From an uncultured Erysipelotrichaceae bacterium (lineage in GTDB: Bacteria > Bacillota_I > Bacilli_A > RF39 > UBA660), in the NCBI GenBank assembly GCA_902797995.1, contig CADBUX010000001.1, forward strand, positions 687 through 64,686: a stretch of 64,000 nucleotides of DNA, written 5' to 3'. The notes under the pieces are model-generated. The model did no database searches. It was not told the origin of the DNA and saw only the letters and a list, made by a program, of their open reading frames with translations. Numbering within the stretch: the first letter of the stretch is position 1; every line of letters begins with the position of its first letter. Of the stretch, positions 59,212-64,000 are shown one piece after another. A program made the position numbers and the translations under genes.

Positions 59212-59968
59212 TATAAAAAGTGAAAGAGAAATTGAACTTTTAAGAATTGCTGGTAATATTGTTTATCAAACTCATCAATATTTAAAGCAATATATTAAAC
59301 CTGGAATTACTACAGAAGAACTTGATAAACTTGCTGAAGAGTTTATTAGAAGTAAGGATGCTTATCCATCATTTAAAGGTTATGAAGGTTTCCCTGGTTC
59401 TATATGTACAAGTGTTAACCATCAAGTGGTACACGGTATACCTGGTAAGCTTAAACTTAAAGAAGGAGATATAATCTCTGTTGATATTGGAGCTTGTTAT
59501 AAAGGATATCATGGAGATAGCGCTTGGACTTATGCAGTAGGTAAGATTTCAGAAGAAAAAGAATATTTAATGGAACACACAGAAAATGCTTTGTTTGCAG
59601 GACTTGCTCAAATCAAACCTGGAAACAGAATTGGAGATATATCTCATGCAGTAGAAGAATATGCTAATGAATTTGGGCTTGGGGTTGTAAAAGAGTTAGT
59701 AGGACATGGAGTTGGCTCTAATGTCCATGAAGATCCAGATATTCCAAATTATGGAGAGGCTGGAGTTGGTCCTAGAATAAAAAAGGGTATGGTCTTTGCG
59801 GTTGAACCAATGCTTAATCTAGGTACTGCAAATATTGTTATGTTAGATGATAACTGGACAATTGAAACCGAAGATTATAGTCCATCAGCACACTTTGAAC
59901 ATACAGTAGTAGTTACTGATGATGGATATGAAATATTGACAGGAGTGATGCAAAATGGCAAAGAGTGA
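59204..59968 (+). CDS. map: type I methionine aminopeptidase
   Basis: Metal ligands within VDIGA..YHGD, VGHGVG and FAVEP. Confidence 0.96.
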   Translation: MISIKSEREIELLRIAGNIVYQTHQYLKQYIKPGITTEELDKLAEEFIRSKDAYPSFKGYEGFPGSICTSVNHQVVHGIPGKLKLKEGDIISVDIGACYKGYHGDSAWTYAVGKISEEKEYLMEHTENALFAGLAQIKPGNRIGDISHAVEEYANEFGLGVVKELVGHGVGSNVHEDPDIPNYGEAGVGPRIKKGMVFAVEPMLNLGTANIVMLDDNWTIETEDYSPSAHFEHTVVVTDDGYEILTGVMQNGKE

Positions 59969-60170
59969 TGTAATCGAAGTGGAAGGAAAAGTTTTAGAAG
60001 TTATACCTGGAGGTAACTTTAAGGTAGAATTATCTAATGGTCATACTATTGAAGCTCACGTCTCTGGTAAAATGAGAATGAATTATATTCGTATTGCGCC
60101 AGGGGATAAAGTAATGATCGAACTTTCTCCATATGATTTAACACGTGGGCGTATAACCTATAGAAAGTAG
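59955..60170 (+). CDS. infA: translation initiation factor IF-1
   Basis: [15 protein letters not shown]... Confidence 0.98.
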   Translation: MAKSDVIEVEGKVLEVIPGGNFKVELSNGHTIEAHVSGKMRMNYIRIAPGDKVMIELSPYDLTRGRITYRK

Positions 60171-60180
60171 GAGGGATAAA

Positions 60181-60294
60181 ATGAAAGTTAGTGCTTCAGT
60201 AAAGAAGATGTGTCCTAAATGTAGGATAATAAGACGTAAAGGAAAAGTAATGGTAATTTGTGAAAATCCAAAACACAAACAAACTCAAGGTTAG
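60181..60294 (+). CDS. rpmJ: 50S ribosomal protein L36
   Basis: Below the ORF-track size cutoff, so translated by hand: [46 protein letters not shown]. Confidence 0.94.
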   Translation: MKVSASVKKMCPKCRIIRRKGKVMVICENPKHKQTQG

Positions 60295-60309
60295 TAAGGA
60301 GGAATATTA

Positions 60310-60675
60310 ATGGCTCGTATTAAAGGTGTTGAAATACCAAATGATAAAAAAGTAGTTGTATCTTTAACTTATATTTATGGAGTTGGTCCTACTACTGCTA
60401 AAAAGGTTCTTGAAGCAGTTAAGATTGATGAAAGTAAAAAAACTAAAGATTTAACTAATGAAGAATTAGGTAAAATTCGTGAAGAATTAAATAACTATGT
60501 CACTGAAGGTGATTTAAGACGTGAAGTTTCTATGAATATTAAAAATAAGATGGAAATTGGTTCTTATGAAGGACATCGTCATAGAAGAGGATTACCTGTA
60601 AGAGGACAAAGAACTAACAGAAATGCTCGTACTCGTAAAGGTAAGGGTAAAGTTGTTGCTAATAAAAAGAAGTAA
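60310..60675 (+). CDS. rpsM: 30S ribosomal protein S13
   Basis: [15 protein letters not shown]. Confidence 0.98.
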   Translation: MARIKGVEIPNDKKVVVSLTYIYGVGPTTAKKVLEAVKIDESKKTKDLTNEELGKIREELNNYVTEGDLRREVSMNIKNKMEIGSYEGHRHRRGLPVRGQRTNRNARTRKGKGKVVANKKK

Positions 60676-60713
60676 TATTAATAATATAATTTTAAGTTTA
60701 AGGAGGTTAAACT

Positions 60714-61097
60714 ATGGCTTATAAACAAAGAAAAAGAAAAGTTAAAAAGAACGTTCCTGAAGGTGTAGTTCATGTACATGCTACATTTAATAATACAGTA
60801 ATTACTGTAACTGATAAAGAAGGGAATGCTCTTACTTGGGCTGCTGCTGGAGCAGTTGGTTTTAAAGGTAGTAAAAAATCTACTCCATATGCTGCAGGAG
60901 TTGCTGCTGAAAAAACTGCAAAAGAAGCATATGATATGGGTATGCGTAAAGTAAACGTAGTTGTTAAAGGTGTTGGACCTGGTAGAGACACTGCTGTTAG
61001 ATCGCTTGAAGTTGCAGGACTTGAAGTTATGTCGATTTCTGACGTTACTCCAATTCCACATAATGGATGTCGTCCACCTAAGAGACCACGTAACTAA
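60714..61097 (+). CDS. rpsK: 30S ribosomal protein S11
   Basis: [15 protein letters not shown]. Confidence 0.98.
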   Translation: MAYKQRKRKVKKNVPEGVVHVHATFNNTVITVTDKEGNALTWAAAGAVGFKGSKKSTPYAAGVAAEKTAKEAYDMGMRKVNVVVKGVGPGRDTAVRSLEVAGLEVMSISDVTPIPHNGCRPPKRPRN

Positions 61098-61114
61098 TGA
61101 GGGGAGGATATAGT

Positions 61115-62065
61115 ATGATTCAATTTGAAAAACCAAATTATAAAATTACAGATTATGTAGAAAATAATAATTATGGAAAATTTGAACTAGAACCACTTGA
61201 AAGAGGTTTTGGTTATACTATTGGGAATGCTCTTAGAAGAGTAATGTTATCTTCACTTCCTGGTAGTGCAATTACAAGTGTTAAAATTGACGGAGTACTA
61301 CATGAATTTCAAACTATCGAAGGTGTTATCGAAGATGTTACATGTATAGTTTTAAATTTAAAAAGTATTGTAATTAAAAAGCATTGTAAGGAAGATAAAA
61401 CAATTAGACTTTCTGCTAAAGACGCAGGTGTTGTTACTGCAGGAGATATCGTTTGTGATGCAGATGTTGAAATTTTAAATAAAGACCAAGTAATTTGTAC
61501 ACTTGCTGAAGGTGGAAAAATTGATATGGAAATGACTGTATCTTCAGGAAGAGGATATGTTCGCGCAGAAGAAAATAAAAAGAAACTTGAGGATAAAAAA
61601 ATTGGAATTATAGCAATAGATTCGCTTTATTCTCCAATTGAAAGAGTTGCTTATGAAGTGCAAGATGCACGTGTTGGCCAAGATGAAAGTTATGATAAGT
61701 TAGTAATTGAAGTTTGGACTAATGGATCAATTAAACCCGAAGAAGCAATTGCACTTGCTAGTAGAATTTTAATTGAACATTTAGAACTTGTAACAAAACT
61801 TGATGATATAGCAGATGTTTCTGGAATGATGATCGAAAAGAAAGAAGATCCAAAACAAAAAGCACTTGAAACTGCAATAGAAGATTTGGATTTCTCAGTT
61901 CGTGCATATAATTGTTTAAAAAGAGCAGGAATTCATACTTTACAAGATTTAGTTAATAAATCAGACGCAGAAGTAATGAAAATTAGAAATTTAGGTAAGA
62001 AATCATTAAAAGAAGTTCTTGATAAAGTTAAAGAATTAAATCTTACTTTAAGAGACGACGATTAA
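61115..62065 (+). CDS. rpoA: DNA-directed RNA polymerase subunit alpha
   Basis: GGGGAGG, then ATG 61115. NTD plus CTD ([20 protein letters not shown]). Confidence 0.97.
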   Translation: MIQFEKPNYKITDYVENNNYGKFELEPLERGFGYTIGNALRRVMLSSLPGSAITSVKIDGVLHEFQTIEGVIEDVTCIVLNLKSIVIKKHCKEDKTIRLSAKDAGVVTAGDIVCDADVEILNKDQVICTLAEGGKIDMEMTVSSGRGYVRAEENKKKLEDKKIGIIAIDSLYSPIERVAYEVQDARVGQDESYDKLVIEVWTNGSIKPEEAIALASRILIEHLELVTKLDDIADVSGMMIEKKEDPKQKALETAIEDLDFSVRAYNCLKRAGIHTLQDLVNKSDAEVMKIRNLGKKSLKEVLDKVKELNLTLRDDD

Positions 62066-62082
62066 ACGAAAGGAGTATTATA

Positions 62083-62418
62083 ATGAGAAAGTTAGGTGTT
62101 GATAATAAGCATAGAAGAAGCATGCTTGCTAATCTTACTATGGATCTTATTATGAATGAAAAAATAGAAACTACTGAAGCTAGAGCTAAAGAAGCTAGAA
62201 GAATGGTAGAAAAAATGATTACCTTAGGTAAAAGAGGAACACTCGTTTCTCGTAGAAATGTAGCAGCATTTCTTATGAACAATGAAGAAGCTACTAAAAA
62301 GGTATTTGAAGATCTTGCTCCTCGTTACAAAAATCGTAATGGTGGATATACAAGAATATTAAAACTTAATGAAAGACGTGGAGATGACGCGTTAATGGTA
62401 ATATTGGAATTAGTGTAA
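62083..62418 (+). CDS. rplQ: 50S ribosomal protein L17
   Basis: 111 aa. [18 protein letters not shown]. Confidence 0.96.
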   Translation: MRKLGVDNKHRRSMLANLTMDLIMNEKIETTEARAKEARRMVEKMITLGKRGTLVSRRNVAAFLMNNEEATKKVFEDLAPRYKNRNGGYTRILKLNERRGDDALMVILELV

Positions 62419-62434
62419 TACTAATTCTTTTTTT
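62407..62434 (+). terminator. intrinsic terminator after rplQ
   Basis: GAATTAG-TGTAATA-CTAATTC stem-loop plus T7. It overlaps the stop codon. Confidence 0.65.
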
Positions 62435-62435
62435 G

Positions 62436-62444
62436 TGTTATAAT
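62436..62444 (+). promoter_or_regulatory. extended -10 promoter TGtTATAAT
   Basis: TTTTTTTGTGTTATAAT lies directly after the terminator. Confidence 0.5.
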
Positions 62445-62459
62445 GAATATGGTGATTGT

Positions 62460-63218
62460 ATGTATAAATATAATGAAAATACTTTGATACATAGTCCAGG
62501 TGTAGATTTTGCTGCTATAGAAAGTATTATGAAAAATGGGATAATGTCGTCCAAATACGGTAGTGAACATGGCATAGAAGTTAATAGAAATTATTATGGT
62601 AGTAATTTAGATGATACTATATCTTGTATAAGATATTTATATGTTAATAAAGATGTAGAAGATTCTGCATATAATAGATATGTTCCAAACGGTGTGTCAT
62701 TTTTAATTGAGGATGTTCCCTTTATTTCTGATAAGAATGAAAGATTTATTCATCGTAGTGATGAGGTTCTTGTTAAGGATTTTATATCTAAGGAAAATAT
62801 AAAGGGTATTCTAGTACCTGAAGATCTTATTAATACTGACTTAGAGGACTTATCTTATATCAGGGAAGATTCTAGTTCATATGCCCTTATTAAGAATAGG
62901 GCTGATAATATAAGTTCTTATATAAAGGATAATAGTGGTATTATTTGTGATTATAACGATTTTTATCGTGAACTTTATTATTTAAGTGAAGATGCTAAAA
63001 ATGTTTCTGATATGACTTTAGAAGAACGAAAAGAAGAATTTAGAGATGTTATTAGTGATTTAAATTATGAAATTGGCTCAAATTTTCATGATTGTTTTTC
63101 TAAGGTTCTTGGTAAGGATGATATAAATATTTTAGATATTGTAAAATATATTAATAGTAAGACACTTAACTTACCTATTTATGAGATAAAAGGTAGGTCA
63201 CTTAGAAAAGGAAGATAG
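62460..63218 (+). CDS. hypothetical protein, 252 aa
   Basis: GGTGAT RBS, then ATG 62460. Followed by the terminator GAAAAGGAAGA..TCTTTTC plus T run. No family recognised. Confidence 0.5.
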   Translation: MYKYNENTLIHSPGVDFAAIESIMKNGIMSSKYGSEHGIEVNRNYYGSNLDDTISCIRYLYVNKDVEDSAYNRYVPNGVSFLIEDVPFISDKNERFIHRSDEVLVKDFISKENIKGILVPEDLINTDLEDLSYIREDSSSYALIKNRADNISSYIKDNSGIICDYNDFYRELYYLSEDAKNVSDMTLEERKEEFRDVISDLNYEIGSNFHDCFSKVLGKDDINILDIVKYINSKTLNLPIYEIKGRSLRKGR

Positions 63219-63269
63219 TTTTCTTTTCTTTTTTATTTGTGATATAATACGGGTGAAGTAGGTGATAAT

Positions 63270-64000
63270 ATGAAAGCACTTATAACTGGGGCATCTTCTG
63301 GTATTGGAAAAGAAATGGCTATTTATTTATCTTCTTTAGGATGGGATTTGGTTTTGGTTTCGCGTAATAAGGAAAAACTTGAAGAACTTTCATCTAGACT
63401 TAAAACTAAAGTTAAACTTGTAGTTATTGATTTATCTAGTGAAAAAGGCGCTAAAGATTTGTATATGATAACTAAGAATGAAAATATTGATTTTCTTATT
63501 AACAATGCAGGTTTTGGACTTTTTGGTGATTACAAAGATGTTAGTTTATCCACTGAACTTGATATGATTGATCTTAATATTAAAACGGTTCATATTCTTA
63601 CGCGTATGTTTTTAAAAGATATGGAAAAGAGAAATTCTGGTTATATCCTTAATGTTGCAAGTAGTGCAGGTCTTTTAAGGGGTGGTCCTTTAATGAGTAC
63701 ATATTATGCTACTAAAGGTTATGTTGTTGATTTTACTTTAGCTACTTATGAAGAGCTTAGAAGAAATAAGTCTAAAGTAGGAATAAGTGTTTTATGCCCT
63801 GGACCAGTAAAAACTAATTTTAATAATGTTGCAGGTGTTAAATTTAATTTATCATCACTAGATGCAAAATATGTTGCAAGGTATGCAATTGATGAAGTAC
63901 TTAAAAAAAGAAAGTTAGTTATTGTACCTGGTTTTAAAGTTAGAATGGGTATATTCTTTAGTAGATTTCTATCAATTAAGAGACTACTTAAAACTACTTA
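63270..64000 (+). CDS. short-chain dehydrogenase/reductase (SDR), 3' end beyond the window
   Basis: Absent from the ORF track because it has no stop in the window. ATG 63270 after AGGTGA. TGASSGIG, NNAG, and the YxxxK motif (YYATK). Confidence 0.85.
   Translation, partial: MKALITGASSGIGKEMAIYLSSLGWDLVLVSRNKEKLEELSSRLKTKVKLVVIDLSSEKGAKDLYMITKNENIDFLINNAGFGLFGDYKDVSLSTELDMIDLNIKTVHILTRMFLKDMEKRNSGYILNVASSAGLLRGGPLMSTYYATKGYVVDFTLATYEELRRNKSKVGISVLCPGPVKTNFNNVAGVKFNLSSLDAKYVARYAIDEVLKKRKLVIVPGFKVRMGIFFSRFLSIKRLLKTT

Noticed and set aside
40695-63505. Further shadow ORFs: 40695-40964(-), 42033-42278(-), 43184-43516(-), 44574-44771(+), 48708-49097(-), 48739-48951(+), 50131-50379(-), 52560-52769(-), 52748-52945(-), 54117-54305(-), 54808-55062(-), 55166-55360(-), 56885-57073(+), 58282-58575(-), 60678-61136(-), 60770-60991(-), 62043-62282(-), 63323-63505(-), and also 15532-15717(-) and 25359-25709(-).
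   Set aside because: They overlap unmistakable ribosomal, glycolytic, secY, clpP, SDR or paralog genes and have no independent support.
1-64000. Mollicutes-type genetic code 4 (TGA = Trp), considered because of the extreme AT content and missing L30.
   Set aside because: RF2 is present with a TGA-based autoregulatory frameshift. Several well-defined genes (whiA, the RsmC-like methyltransferase) end at TGA with normal lengths.
1-64000. CRISPR arrays, rRNA, tRNA, transposases, integrases, prophage genes.
   Set aside because: No regularly spaced direct repeats and no recognisable tRNA/rRNA sequence or recombinase ORFs were seen on either strand. The two accessory-looking blocks therefore cannot be called mobile elements on this evidence.

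Overview
Chromosomal segment from a very AT-rich Gram-positive bacterium (Bacillota-like gene order). It uses genetic code 11: RF2 is present and TGA acts as a stop. I recognised no rRNA, tRNA, CRISPR array, transposase or integrase.

The window has three parts.

(1) 1-9.8 kb, noticeably more AT-rich, is a cell-envelope accessory block. It holds a methyltransferase fragment, a GNAT, a hydrolase, an OmpR/HK two-component system, and a dlt-like operon with the layout adenylating ligase / PLP decarboxylase / carrier protein / MBOAT / SGNH protein. A convergent acpS follows. The extra decarboxylase makes this a non-canonical dlt system and is one of the two best candidates for new biology.

(2) 10-24.7 kb is mixed. 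It holds cls, an ABM monooxygenase, a nitroreductase, prfB with its programmed +1 frameshift, two tandem yitT paralogs, ftsEX with a coiled-coil M23 peptidase and an NlpC/P60 peptidase, and an M29 aminopeptidase. It also contains a six-gene block of unknown function at 12.8-16.4 kb: a membrane protein, a small Mrr-like nuclease-fold protein, and four diverged tandem paralogs of an unrecognised ~195-aa family. This block is the second main candidate.

(3) 24.7-62.4 kb is the transcription/translation core: secE-nusG-rplKAJL-methyltransferase-rpoBC, then about 10.6 kb of housekeeping genes where the str operon normally sits, then a complete S10-spc-alpha ribosomal cluster. Three unexpected ORFs sit inside or next to this core:
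- a sigma region 4.2 plus RpoA-CTD-like protein upstream of secE
- a transglutaminase-like Cys-His-Asp protein between nusG and rplK
- an unknown ~147-aa ORF between rplJ and rplL

Several ribosomal-protein leader RNAs, many intrinsic terminators and a recurring extended -10 promoter form are visible. All coordinates and motifs were read by eye from the sequence and ORF track; no searches were run.
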